A stretch of DNA of 64,000 bases from Camelus ferus (Eukaryota). Below are positions 51,700 through 64,000 of this stretch, piece after piece. Location of the stretch: assembly GCF_009834535.1 (NCBI RefSeq), contig NC_045696.1:69194001-69258000 (forward strand), in the 5' to 3' direction. Position numbers and translations under genes: made by a program. Numbering within the stretch: the first letter of the stretch is position 1; each line of letters begins with the position of its first letter. Under the pieces are notes generated by a model that worked only from the letters and a program-made list of their open reading frames with translations, ran no database searches and was not told where the DNA came from.

Positions 51700-52070
51700 C
51701 AGAGAATTATGTTGAGTGAAAAAAGCCAATCCCAAAAGGTGACATACTGTATGATCCTAGTTATAAAACATACTTGAAATGACAAAACTATTGCAATAAA
51801 GAACAGATAAGTGGTTGTCAGGGGCTGAGGAAGGAATGAGGGAGGGAGGGAAGGAAGAGGGAAGTGGGTGTGGCTATAAAAGTGCAACATGAAGGATCCT
51901 TGTGCTGGTGGAGGTGCTCTGTACCGTGACTGCACCATGTCAGCACCCTGTCTGTGCCCCGTGTGATAATTTTCCAACTGGGTAAAGCGTGCGTGGGATC
52001 TCTCTGCCCTTACAGCTGCATGTGACTCGACAGTTACTTCCAAAAGTTTAATTAAGAAAGTAAAAATTTT
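51700..52070 (+). mobile_element. Old L1 3' UTR fragment
   Basis: attatgttgagtgaaaaaagccaatcccaaaaggtgacatactgtatgatcc...gaacagataagtggttgtcagggg. Confidence 0.7.
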
Positions 52071-52921
52071 TTAAAATATGTAGATTCATGAGGTTCCACA
52101 CTGACAGTTGACTAAATAGGTCTAGGTGATCTTGAGAATCCGTATTTTTGAGTTCCTTATGCACAGTGAGCTTTAGCCAGGTTGGGAATCAGGGTGAACA
52201 TAGCTGTAGTCCCAGCTGTATTACTTCAGTTTTTTGCCTCTCTTGTGTGCATATGGGAATGGGTATCTGAGAATAATCCTGAGCGTCAAATCCTGAGCTT
52301 CAAACCACACTCTTCTTCAAATAGAAAATGACTTATAAACATCTGTCAGGCCAGTAGAATTTTTTTTTTTAAAGTAAAATACCCTTTTAAGAATTTGATG
52401 AAAACCTGAGGCCTACTCCCTGCCAAAATGCATAGACACCAAAAAATTACATACAATTTCAGGTGTTGCACTGATATCCTGAACTTTCTTGATAAGTTTG
52501 TGATTAGGTTAAATTAAACTCTGTGTCTTGATTAAATTTCCTTCTTCTTTTCCTTCATCTATTCGTTTGTTTATTCAAATTACTAAGGTGTTTTTTAAAA
52601 CTGTAATTTTAAATTTCTGAAATTATATACTTTAAAAAAGTATGTCCCTCATCCTTTCCACTTCATCAGTTTTGGGAGAGAGTTTCTACAGCCATAGATG
52701 CTACATAGCTTTCTGAGAAAGTAAGTCACTCCAATTTAATTAGTTTTAGAAACTCCTACATCTGGATATCAGAGACATCAAACGCTAGCAACGTTTCTAC
52801 ATTTGTCTTGTTAGGATCAGCACATCGTTGTGAATTTATTTTACTGTGTCTTCTTTGTTGTAGACTAGTAATTGATGTGGTTTTAGAACATGTGTTCATC
52901 ATTTATTTTCTTTTTGGACAG

Positions 52922-53077
52922 CTTTCAGTGGACACCCTACAGTTTCTGCTCTTCTTATATATACAGCAGTTAAACAAGGTCTCCCTGAGAACATCGTTGA
53001 TTGGAGAAGAGTGGCCTAGTCCCAGAAACAGATCTCACTCTCCCGACCTCACTGAAAAGTCCAGTTGTCATAATAAG
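52922..53077 (+). CDS. TBCCD1: TBCCD1 exon 3
   Basis: 156 nt; LSVDTLQFLLFLYIQQLNKVSLRTSLIGEEWPSPRNRSHSPDLTEKSSCHNK; gacag| and AAG|GTACT. Confidence 0.95.
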
Positions 53078-55512
53078 GTACTGTTTAAATTATGGCCTCT
53101 TTCTCTGAAACAGACAATTTATGAGGGAGATGGTTTGCCTTCATTAAAAATTACGTTAGACTATTTATATAAGCTAGAGATTGGCTGGCTTGTTTTGTCT
53201 GTTTTGCTTTTTACTTTTTTTCCCTAATTATAAAACAAAATCAATATGTGCAGTCTTAATCAAAATAGAGAAGTGATTTCAATTCCTTTAGCAACACAAA
53301 AATCACCTAAATGACTTTCAGGCAAATCATTCACTGTACTCTTATTAGCATTCCCATTTTTGCAAATGTTAATGAATTTGATTACACATGATTTTAGGCA
53401 AGTCAGTTAATTTCTCTAGCTTGGCTTCTCTTCTCTAAACAGGGATGATAATGCCTATTTCTGAATGGCTGTGAGAATTCAGTAATATGTTAGCATGAGG
53501 CTTGTTGAACAGTGAGCACCAGTATATGGTGGCTTTAGTTTGTCCTATAGCATGACCTCTCCCAGCAACTATTAGACCAGGGATGGACACTTGACCTGAG
53601 TAACCCATTCCTAGGTTTGTGTTTGAAATTGGTCTGATCTGAAATGATGACCTGGCCCAATCAGTACCCCCAGCAACTGAAGAAATTACCAGTTGGCGAT
53701 AGGTATTTGAGATGGTAGCTCATGTGACTTTGGGACCAGAATAGCTACCATATCCATGAGTGATCAGGAGTTAAGAGAGCTTAGAAACTCTGAGGTAGGA
53801 AGAAACTCTGAGAAAAACAGAATGGAACAGACATGCAGAGAGGCCTGAGAGAACCAGCATGGAGATGGCTGTCCAGTTCCAGTTCTGATGAGGCCTACCT
53901 GAATACTTCAGTTTGGGAGATGACTATGTGTCCCCACAGTAAAATTTCCCTTTATTTTAATTAACTTGTATTCCCTGTGCCAGTGAAAGTTACCACCACC
54001 CATACCTAATTAGTTGTCAAGTCTTACTGATTCTGCCTCAAAAAGAACTCTTTAAAAATTTCTTTTTTTCCCCTCTTTTATAGGCCTTATTGTCATTTTG
54101 GTTTTGCCTTGATTTCTGTAATTAGGTCCTACTTGGTCACCTTGCTTTGAGTCTATAGTCCACCTACTACATTGGACTTTCTAAAATGCAGATGATTTAC
54201 ATCTCCTGTCGAAACTCCATCAGTGAATTCTCATTGTCATTGTTGTTCTCATCTTGCACCCTTTGGCACCTTCTCAGGGCCTACCTCCTGCAGGGCAGGG
54301 GAATGCAGTAAGAGGGAGGAAGAGCAGATGAGCCGTGGATAGCTCTGCTTTGACATGTTCTTTGGTATCCAAATGACAGTTTATTAAAAAGAAAGAAAGA
54401 AATAGCTGTTTATAAAATAGTTTGAAAGCCTCTGGCACACAAAATGAAGTCCAGCTGTCTTAGCATTTCATACAAGGTCTTTTGTGAATGGCCTCTGCTT
54501 ACATTTTAACTTCATCTGCCACTTCCCAGCACACTTCCTACACCCCACTCAGAGCTTCCACTTTTCTGAACACAGCAGGTAATTTTACTCCTGTGCGCCT
54601 TTGGATATTGTTCCCTAGACCCACAGTGCCTTTTCCCTTATCTGTTTGCATAACTACTGACGTCAGTCAAGGATCTATTCAAACAATGCTTCACTAAGGT
54701 TTGTTTTCCTTGAGTTCTTTGTTACTCTCATGTTCATAGAACATCTTAACAGATCTCTGCCATAGGTTTTTATCTCATTGTGTTATAGTTATTGGTTTAT
54801 ATTGGCATTTCACTACGTAGATCCTGAATTCTTTGAGGACAGGAACTTTATCTTATTCAATTAGCATAAATCATCACTTAACATTGCTCATACCCCATAA
54901 TATCTATCAAATGAATGAGCCAAATTGTTGGAACATCTGCCAACTCAGTTTATTCCCAAAGTTGTAACTTCTCTTAAATCTGGTTACTATAAGATCAGTT
55001 GCCTTGTTTCATCCAGTGGAATTTGAAATTCCTTCTGTGATTTGAGAAGGTAAAGAAAGAAACCAACTGCTACATGAAAGGAATAACTGAGATGGTTATT
55101 TTTATGTTTGATCCAAAACTTTTAGAATATTTACTAACTGTGTGACCTTGGGCTAGTTTCTTAGCTTTTCTGTATCTCCATTTCATTGTAAAGCGGGCGT
55201 GGTAATGCCATCTGTTGTATGGCTGTTGCTAGGATTAAATATGTGAAAGTTTGTATAACAGGGCTTGGCACATATTCAGGGTTAGCTGTTAGTATTACTT
55301 TTGAATTGGCTAAGGTAGAGAGATAAGCTGTGTATACCTATCACATGCACAGAAAATATGAGGTTTATATTGCCATCTTACTGACTTTCAAAAACACCAC
55401 TTTTGGGGAGATGAGGCAAAAGATAAATACAAAATAAATAACATATAAAAGTTTTTAGGTCTTCGAGAATCTCTTTGTTCTGTTAAGAGTGCTTTCTTTT
55501 GATATTTTTTAG

Positions 55513-55879
55513 AACTGGAATGATTACAGTCACCAAGCTTTTGTCTATGATCATCTGTCAAATCTCCTTGAGCTGCTTTTAGATCCAGAACAACTCACTG
55601 CATCATTTCATTCAACCCACAGTAGTCTAGTCTCTCGAGAAGCTGTCATGGCACTCAGCTTTCTTATTGAAGGGACAGTGAATAGAGCCAGGAAGATATA
55701 TCCACTTTATGAACTTGCACTGTGGCAACCACTGCATGCAGAAAGTGGATTCTCAAAGACCTCTAAGACCTTTTCTTTCTGCAAGCTGGAAGCCTGGTTG
55801 AGAGCCTGTTTGACTGGGAATCCATTTGGTACATCTGCTTGCCTCAAGTCTGGAAAGAAATTGGCTTGGGCTCACCAAG
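55513..55879 (+). CDS. TBCCD1: TBCCD1 exon 4
   Basis: 367 nt; NWNDYSHQAFVYDHLSNLLELLLDPEQL...CLKSGKKLAWAHQ; tttttag| and G|GTATT. Confidence 0.95.
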
Positions 55880-57357
55880 GTATTTATTAATATTTTAATC
55901 TATATTAAGTTGAATGACAGATTAAGGGACCTCAGAGAGTTGGTGTAAAGATGAAGTTCTTTTTAGCTACACAGACACATTGGAAATTCAAATTTATAGT
56001 AGAGAGATCTGGCTTTGGTTGCAAAGGTATCTCTTCCTGATAGACCAGTGATGGCTAAAGGGATAGGTTCACATACTATATGACTTCCTGGGGCCCAGGT
56101 ATAAGTTTTAAGAGAAGAGGAGCCCAGATAGAGGTTAAAAGAGAAGTAGGTGCCTACACAGTGAGGCAAGTGCCAGGCGAAATTAATGGGGGAAAGAAAA
56201 TTAGAATATACTTCCACAGCCTCTGAATTTCAAAGATAAAGAAAAAATAGGTTCCATGCAAATGTAAAAAAAAACAGTTTTGTATCAAATTTTTATAATG
56301 CAGAAAACCAGAAAATGGCACCATCTACAGAGTGTGGAGCAAAGAGATTGTGATCCAAGTATTTTATATCCAGCCAAGCTATTGCTCTAGCATGAGGTCA
56401 GAGACTCAGATATGTAAGGCTCCTATAAATACATAAGAGATACTAAATAATTTTTGATGTTGATAAAAGAATGTAGGTGCAAGTAAGTTTTTAAATTTTA
56501 GGGTAGGAAAAAGAAGGGCATCTAACCTCTTAGGATTATACAAAACTATGATAGATATTAGGATGACAGATAATTTTTATCTTTTAATACTAGTATTTAA
56601 CATTTTTTCTGCAATAACCATGTTTTACTTATCTATAAAATGGAAACAGTAAGAATTGTTTTAAAAGAAGAATAACACACTATATGACCTCTCCACATTT
56701 AACCAGTATCTCTTTACAAGAGTGTCCTGATGGTTTGCAGGGAAGTACAGTCTGAGAAGGCAATTACATAAAGGCAGGACTGAGTTAGGAGGGCAGCCTG
56801 CACAGATTTTTTGAGTGTGAGTTTGTGCAAGGCACTGTGTATGAGAGGAAGATGTGCTTTCAGTTAGTAGTATCTTGGGACTGAAGACGTTAACCCGAGT
56901 AGAATTCATGGAATGACACTGTAAGTAATTTAGGAGGGATTCAAATTCAGTATTAATGGTAATTTAAAGAGATGATTTAAAGGTTGGGATGATAAATTAG
57001 GGCAGGTTGGAGAAGATATTTGAGTTGTGCCAGCTCTGCCACTTAGTAGCCATATGACCTTAGGCACGTAACTTGAAGAGTAGGCATGGAAAAATCATAG
57101 ATATATAGGCAATCTTGAGTGGATTATAGGTTTAAAAAAATTTTATAACAAAAATTTTTGAAATACTGCAAAAATAAGGAGATGTAAAGAGAATAGTACA
57201 GCAAACATCTCTTTACCCAACACCCAGATCAAACATTTTTTAAACCTCACATGTATCTAATTTTAGACATGTAGACATGTAGACATGTAACCTCATGTGG
57301 CTGATTGTTTTCCTTTGATTTGAAACTATCTCATTTATTTCTGTTTGTCTTGAATAG

Positions 57358-57544
57358 TTGAAGGGACAACCAAAAGAGCTAAGATTGCTTGTAATACTCA
57401 CGTGGCCCCTCGGATGCACCGCATGGTGGTGATGAGCCAGGTTTACAAGCAGACATTGGCCAAGAGTTCAGATACTCTGGTGGGGGCACATGTAAAGATT
57501 CATCGTTGCAATGAATCTTTTATATATCTGCTCTCTCCCTTACG
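57358..57544 (+). CDS. TBCCD1: TBCCD1 exon 5
   Basis: 187 nt; (V)EGTTKRAKIACNTHVAPRMHRMVVMSQVYKQTLAKSSDTLVGAHVKIHRCNESFIYLLSPL(R); aatag| and CG|GTAAG. Confidence 0.95.
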
Positions 57545-57602
57545 GTAAGCACAGTCTTCATAGTGTTCTGACGTTGTGACATTTTCTTTGGACCAGGGTT
57601 GA

Positions 57603-57700
57603 TCTTTTCTCCTCCCCCTCCTTTCCCTCCTCCTCCTCCCCCCTTCTTCTTCCTCTTCTTCCTCCTCCTCTTCTTCGTCTTCTCCTCCTCCTTCTTTTTT
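57603..57700 (+). repeat. (CCT/CTT)n polypyrimidine tract
   Basis: 98 nt with a single purine (G at 57677), inside 231-nt intron 5 of TBCCD1. Confidence 0.9.
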
Positions 57701-57775
57701 GCCATCAGATAATAATATTGTAGTCATATATTTTTTATCTTACTCTTACTCAGAGAAATTTCTCTCATTTTTCAG

Positions 57776-58273
57776 ATCTGTGACAATTGAGAAGTGTAGG
57801 AATAGCACCTTTGTCCTGGGCCCTGTACAGACTGCTCTTCACCTCCACAGCTGTGACAACGTCAAAGTCATTGCTGTTTGCCATCGCCTATCCATCTCTT
57901 CTACCACAGGTTGCATCTTCCATATTCTGACACCTACACGCCCACTTATTCTCTCTGGGAACCAGAGAGTAACGTTTGCCCCTTTTCATACCCATTACCC
58001 AATGCTGGAGGACCACATGGCTAGGACTGGCCTTGCTACCGTGCCTAACTATTGGGACAATCCCATGATCATGTGCAGAGAGAACAGCAGCACAAGTGTC
58101 TTCCGACTCTTACCTCCATGCGAATTCTATGTATTTATTATTCCCTTTGAGATGGAAGGGGACACAACAGAGATACCTGGGGGTCTTCCATCTGCATATC
58201 AGAAAGCACTGGGCCAAAGAGAAAAGAAAATACAAATCTGGCAGAAAACTGTGAAGGAGGCTTGTTTGACAAA
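57776..58273 (+). CDS. TBCCD1: TBCCD1 exon 6 (TBCC / C-CAP beta-helix domain)
   Basis: 498 nt; SVTIEKCRNSTFVLGPVQTALHLHSCDNVKVIAVCHRL...IWQKTVKEACLT(K); ttttcag| and AA|GTGAGT. Confidence 0.97.
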
Positions 58274-60839
58274 GTGAGTATTTTCTAGAAACAGTAATTT
58301 GTCTTATGTGAAACTGCATGCATGGGAAGGTAGATTAATCTGCACGTTTATAGCTGTGCTAAAATAATAAAAAAGACATAGTATGTCATTTGTTAGGGTC
58401 AGTATTCCAGGCACATTTGGTTGAGGGATAGGAACAAGTGGATACCCAAGTATTAGACCCCCTTCTTTTAAGAAGCTTAAGTTTAATTGGCAGACACAGG
58501 GCTTAAATGAATGAAAGAGCATATATAGACTATGTCACATAATCCAATACATGAATGGATTGGTTTTAGTTTTCAATTTACTTGTCTGCACTGTACTGGT
58601 GGTTCTCAGGCTGGGTTATGCATCAGGATCATCCAAAGAGCTGGTTAAAAATACAGGTTTCCTGGCTCCACCATTCCACAGACAGACTCCCCAAAGGTGG
58701 ACTTTTACTGCTGGTCCCTGGATTAATGCCAGTTTTTGTCAAAGTTTTCCTAATTCATGGTAAAATATGAAATAAAAGTATAGTGTTTAAAATAAAGCTA
58801 AATTTGATTAATTTAAAATACTGTCTTTTAATCTGAGATTCTTTCTTTCCCACTTTGGCAGTTCTAGAATACTTTATTTTTAATAACATGCTTATGATAG
58901 TAGGTGGATATGGTTTATTATGTCTGCCACAAATTTTATTTCAATGGTATTGGTCTTTAAACTCTAGAAGCCAAGAACCACTGTATACAAACCATGTATA
59001 AAGATTCAGAAAATATCAGTATGGGTAGTCAGGGAAGGTTTATGGAAGAAGTAGAGCTTGTGTTGGACCTTGAAAAATGAGTGAGGATTGGGTCGATACT
59101 TTTAACAGCACTAGAGGAGGAGATGTGGAAGCAGAAGCAGACCTTAGGTAGCCTGGAAATCAGTTGCTGAAACAGGATTCTGGGTATGCGGTAGTGGTAT
59201 TTAAACTTGGTTGGGTAGACTGAGCCAGATTATGTAGAATCTTGAATAGCAGGCGATGAAAGTTAGATTTAAGTGGAATTAAGTAGCAAGAGCCATAAAA
59301 GGGTTTTGAACAATGAAATGAAGTTCAGAAAGCTGTTTCGTTTATTCAGGGACATTTACAGAATGCCTACAATACACATACCACTTTATTAGATGTTATG
59401 GCAGATTAAAACATGTGATTGGTACATATGGAGATCCTCTGGTTAGATTTGAAAGAGGGCAGTGAGGGTGGTATTACAGGAGTCTAGGCTAAGCAACTGG
59501 ACTAGAGTGGAGAGAAAGGGGGTGGAGACCAGAAATACTTTGACAGGAAGCAGGATTTGGTATAAGATTTTGTAAAAAAGACAAAAAAATTAAAGATGAC
59601 TCCAAAAATTAAGAGTCCAGTTTAGAAACATTTGACTTATCAGTTTTCTTCTGGACAGAATAGCGCATACAATTTAAAAGTAGACGATGCTCAGAATAAG
59701 TAGTTATTGTTTGCACCAGTGTTTTGGTATTTAATTAAACTTTGTTAGAGATTTTAGGAAGGGAAACTAGAGACATTATAGCACCAAATGGTAAAGGATT
59801 GCTTCTTATACAACATTGTCCAAAGGGAGCTGGAGCTACCTTGAAAAAAGGGTATCAAGTTCTTCTGGTGGATGTTTCCATGAAGTCTCCTGTATCCTGA
59901 TAATGCCTTGATCATTATGATCCTTTCCCTTAAGAATGAGAGAAACTTTTACTTTCATAATTGGATCCTATTTGCTTGGTATTCGTTTTCTTTTTTTCCT
60001 GATTGTCATTATCTTGCAAAATAGCATCCATTCCAGAAATATTTTCTATTTCTGACAATACCGAATTGCTCTTTGATATGTAAGTAAAAATGCTTATTTT
60101 AATTAGCTCTCTTAGTTTGTTAGATTTTAAAGTTAGTGTTCTTCTTTGGATAACTGTGTCTATATTGTAGTGGAAGCTACTCTGACTTAGGAATTAGTAC
60201 TGACCGTGCCACTTGTTGTGTGACATTGAGTGTGTCATCTGACCTCTCTGGCTCTTAGCTGTACCATATATGAAGTATATTTTCTACCTGATGAGATTGA
60301 TATAAAGGTTTAATAAGATAGCTTATAGTAATGATGCACGTATAAGACAGTGTAGTGGTGTGTGCTGTACAGTGTGGAATAGTCTGAGTATAAGGCACCC
60401 TTGTTTAGTGATGAGTTTGTGAGACACATCTTCTGGGTGAGATTGTTCACTCAGAAGATCTGAGACCTAACCTGTTAGGATCACCTGTATTCTAAGAGAA
60501 ATAGTAATTGGAAAAAGGCTTGATCCAGCCGTGCTATTTTCTAGATGCATTCTTGTGGCTTTGTTCTCATCATATAGATGAAGGAAGGAAGTGTATAATA
60601 TATAGTTACACAGCTGCATTTAGAATCTTTAAAACAGTTGCTACCTGCCCCAAATTATAAAGATCAGTAACAGCCACAACTCACGCTTTACCTTGGAATC
60701 CGTTGTGCTAATACTGCTGTTATTCGTTACAAACATTCCACCTGGTTTGTATCTCATGGACTGAGCCACCAGGATACTAATACTACAGACAAGTCATTCT
60801 CAGCTTAGCAGAATGATGATGATGACTATAATAAAAGGA

Positions 60840-61035
60840 AATATGTTTTGAGCACTTATTATGTGCCAAGTACTATTCCAAGCACCTTCTGTGTGTTAAC
60901 TTGCTTATTCTTCTTAACAGTTCCCTCTCAGATGAGGAAACTGAGAAACAGAGAGATTTAAGTAATTTCCCCAAAGTCACACAGGAGCCAGCATTCACAC
61001 CTAGTCAGCCTGTTTCCAGAACCTGGGCTCTTGGT
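60840..61035 (-). mobile_element. MIR SINE
   Basis: gagcacttattatgtgccaagtact...cagatgaggaaactgagaaacagagagatttaagtaatttccccaaagtcacacag. Confidence 0.75.
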
Positions 61036-61551
61036 GTCTTTATTGTTTTCTGTGAGCTGTTGTTATAAATAATGTGATCATTATAATAATGTGATCTAAA
61101 AATGGATCATGAGGAAAAACATTCTTTTAAAGCAATTCTTTTGGTTGAATGCTTCTGGTATTAGGTGCCTAGATTTTCTTACACATGAAAATCTTGTATA
61201 CATGTACAGAGTCTGGAATGTGGCAAGGATTTAAAAAATGTTGACTCTCAATAATAGCATATTCAAGTGGTGAGATCCATGATAACACTAGAAACAAGGA
61301 AAAGCATGCAATTTAACTGTGGGAATACAGGAAGACAGAAGAATTACTGACCAATTTGAAAATGAACTGCCAACGTGATCTCTTAAAAGTGATTAGATTA
61401 TGCCATTTCCCTGCTCTGGCCCCTCTAACGGCTCTCCATGGAATAAAATCTAAAACCTTGTGGTACTTACCAAGCCATCTTTGCCTCATTTTCTGCCTTT
61501 CTTTTCCTCATCCACTGCCCTTCTGCCACACTGCAATCTTCTTGCTGTTAA

Positions 61552-62147
61552 TGTGGTCATTGCCCTCCAGTCAAACACCACCAGGAACATATCTGTAGAA
61601 TAAAGTTAGATTTTATTACTCATTATAAGAATAGAGAGAGCTAGTTTCATTTCCATAAAAGCATGTTTAAGGAACTTATAATTGGATTTTGGCTGTGCTA
61701 GATGATTTGGCGGAGGGTTCTGGGAAACAGGGCTTTGTTGTGGGTTGGATGCAATCTGAAAGTGAGGGTAATTCTGTGATTTGGTATCTTAATAATTTTT
61801 GTATCAAAGACGGGAGGAATAAAGGGGCTAAAGCTATCATTGTAAAGAAGCAGCAGTCGCTCATTAGCCTGGAAGGGTGATGTTAAGTCATTTTTATGGT
61901 TTGGACCACAAAATGTTTTTGTTTTTGTCTGGACCTGAGATGTGACTGTGGAGTGATTTTATTTTTGCCTTGATCTATCATCATCCCGTAGGGCCCTTGT
62001 CTAATGTTGGTGTGCTGTGGAATTGTTGATGTTTGACAGAAGAACACCACGGCCAGGCCAGATCCCGGCTACACCCAGGCCTAGCTGATGGTGCTAACTT
62101 CCTAGCTCCCGGAAGTTAGCACCATCAGCTAACTTCTCTCTCTTCTC
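61552..62147. mobile_element. MER21-like solo LTR inserted into an L2 relic (L2 at ~61360-61550 and ~62150-62600)
   Basis: tgtggtcattgccctccagtcaaacaccaccaggaac...gggtaattctgtgatttggtatcttaataatttt...agaacaccacggcc; L2-like sequence resumes on both sides. Confidence 0.6.
62082..62131. repeat. Perfect 21-bp inverted repeat with 8-nt loop
   Basis: TAGCTGATGGTGCTAACTTCC (62082-62102) - tagctccc - GGAAGTTAGCACCATCAGCTA (62111-62131). Confidence 0.95.
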
Positions 62148-62847
62148 CTGAACATGTTAAAAATCCTCTCACTTTAGACCTTTGCACTTTTTGTTTCTTC
62201 TGCTTGGAATGTTCTTCTCCAGATATTTATTTTACTTAATCTGTCATTTCATTCAGATCTCTGCTTGTGTCACCTTAGGCTTCTTCTGTCCATTCTTTTT
62301 CTAAGTTAGCATTCCCAAATTCTTGATTTCCTTACCCTGCTCTGTCTTTCTCCAAGGCATTTATAATTATCTAAGTTCATGTATATTCATTTTATTCATT
62401 ACCTATCTTCCCTACTAAAATATACAGTCCACAAGGAGCACAGACTACATAGATCCCAGTGTGAAGGGCGCCCTCTGGAGTCGTGCAGCACAAACCTGCC
62501 CGGAAACAGAGGCCTTTTCTCTTCGCTTTACATTTATCCCCATCGGTCAGAACACTGCCCAGCATCTCTTGGTCCTCAGTGAATATCTGTTGAATAACCA
62601 CAGTATAACTAAACATATAATTACTGAGTTTTTACAAAGAGGGAATTGTATCTGAACAATCTTTTTTTTTTTTCGGTGGTGGTGATCAAAATGGACAGAA
62701 CTGAACAGAGCAGTTATTTGGAGAGATCAAAGGGAAAACAAGAAATAATTTAATGTTTATCCAGTTAAAGTATTTTATAACCACTTGGGATAAAATTAAT
62801 ATGAATTAGTGTTCTTATATTCTTTTTGTTCTCAACTGCAATTTTAG

Positions 62848-62977
62848 GGATCAAAGGAAGCAGTTCCAGGTACTTGTGGAAAACAAATTTTATGAGTGGT
62901 TGATTAATACAGGACATCAGCAGCAGCTGGACAGCCTTGTGCCCCCTGCAGCAGGCTCCAAACAAGCAGCAGGATAA
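62848..62977 (+). CDS. TBCCD1: TBCCD1 exon 7 coding part (stop)
   Basis: ttttag|G GAT CAA...; DQRKQFQVLVENKFYEWLINTGHQQQLDSLVPPAAGSKQAAG*; coding exons sum to 1674 nt (557 aa). Confidence 0.95.
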
Positions 62978-63519
62978 GACTTCCTCATCAAAACACCGGT
63001 AGGCATTTATAACGGAGATGACTTAAATTATTTTGGGGAAATCTTTTTTTACATACCAAAAAAATATGGAAAGTTTGTTTCTGACCACTGCTAATTTTTT
63101 CCCATTGCTTCCACCAGCATATAGATTTTTACATACTCGTTTACCACATTTTATAGTGAGAAGACCAACCAAAATATTCAGGTGGAGCCTGTAGAATTAT
63201 GAGCAAATACAATAGCCAAATTTCTCTTTTTTGCCTCTTGCCTGGCATAAGTTGTACTGTCCAAAGTTGTACTGTACTTCCCCATACATAGTTTTAAATT
63301 TTGTGCCTTCTAACACGTCTCCTCTTTCCCATCACCTCACAATTAATAAGTTATACATGAACCAATTAATAAGTCAGCTAATCTTTGTCAGCTACACATA
63401 TGAGCATTAATAAGTTACCAGAATTAATCCAAATGAAGATCTGAATAGTGAACTCTAGGATACCTACAGATTCAACAGAAGAGAACATGGATACAGAAAC
63501 ATTTACTGGAAGTTGTTTA

Positions 63520-64000
63520 TTCCAAATATGTAATTTTTTATAGAAATCTTTTTGCTATTTTTAAGTACTTTAAAGTAACAATAGAAAAACAGACAAAGAA
63601 CATAAATAGGTAGCTCACAGAAAGATACTTATAAACACAAAGATGCTCATTTTCACTTAAAATTAAAGAAATGTAAGACTATTTTTCATCTATCACATTG
63701 GCAAGGATCAAAAACATAGTATACGACACTGATAAGACATTTCACTTGCTGCTGGGGAAAGCGTAGATTTGTGCAGCCTTTTTGGAGGATAGTTTGACAA
63801 AATCAAAATTAAAAATGCACACGTTCTTTAACTTTGCAACTTCACTTCCTAGATTTATCTTACAGATACACTCATGTATGTAAAGATCGGCTTAAAAGAG
63901 ATGTTCATTGTAGCATGGTTTGAAATAGCTGTAGACTGGAAACAAGCCAAATGCTTCTCAGTAGAGGGCTGGTGCCTAATGAATAATCAGTTCAACAAAC
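63520..64000 (+). mobile_element. Old L1 ORF2-end relic running off the right edge
   Basis: aaagatgctcattttcacttaaaattaaagaaatgtaa...gcaacttcacttcctagatttatc...gatgttcattgtagcatggtttgaaatagc...actggaaacaagccaaatg. Confidence 0.7.

Noticed and set aside
57500..57727. Poly-Glu/Arg/Lys/Gly ORFs on the minus strand
   Set aside because: Translation artefacts of the (CCT/CTT)n tract

Overview
Mammalian genomic DNA, most likely a camelid (five tRNA-derived SINEs of the vic-1 type; the fetuin-A translation is artiodactyl-like). It is the AHSG-DNAJB11-TBCCD1 syntenic block. AHSG (fetuin-A) is on the minus strand: promoter plus coding exons 1-4, with the 3' exons beyond the left edge. DNAJB11 (ERdj3) is complete on the minus strand: 10 coding exons, 1077 nt, 358 aa, all GT-AG. 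TBCCD1 is head-to-head with it on the plus strand: a probable non-coding exon 1 and six coding exons, 1674 nt, 557 aa, with the last UTR exon probably beyond the right edge. The AHSG-DNAJB11 spacer holds two decayed class I ERV pol fragments joined back to back, one with PPT and 3' LTR, plus CTCF and hepatocyte-factor motifs. Introns carry SINEs, L1, MIR, L2, LTR and hAT relics. I see no wholly new gene system. The most unusual items are the inverted double-pol ERV, a TSD-bounded L1 3'-transduction or retrocopy in DNAJB11 intron 2, a perfect 21-bp hairpin in TBCCD1 intron 6, an overlapping uORF and recursive-type splice site at TBCCD1 exon 2, and two substitutions at normally conserved fetuin-A residues. 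Repeat family names and ortholog comparisons are from memory, not from searches.
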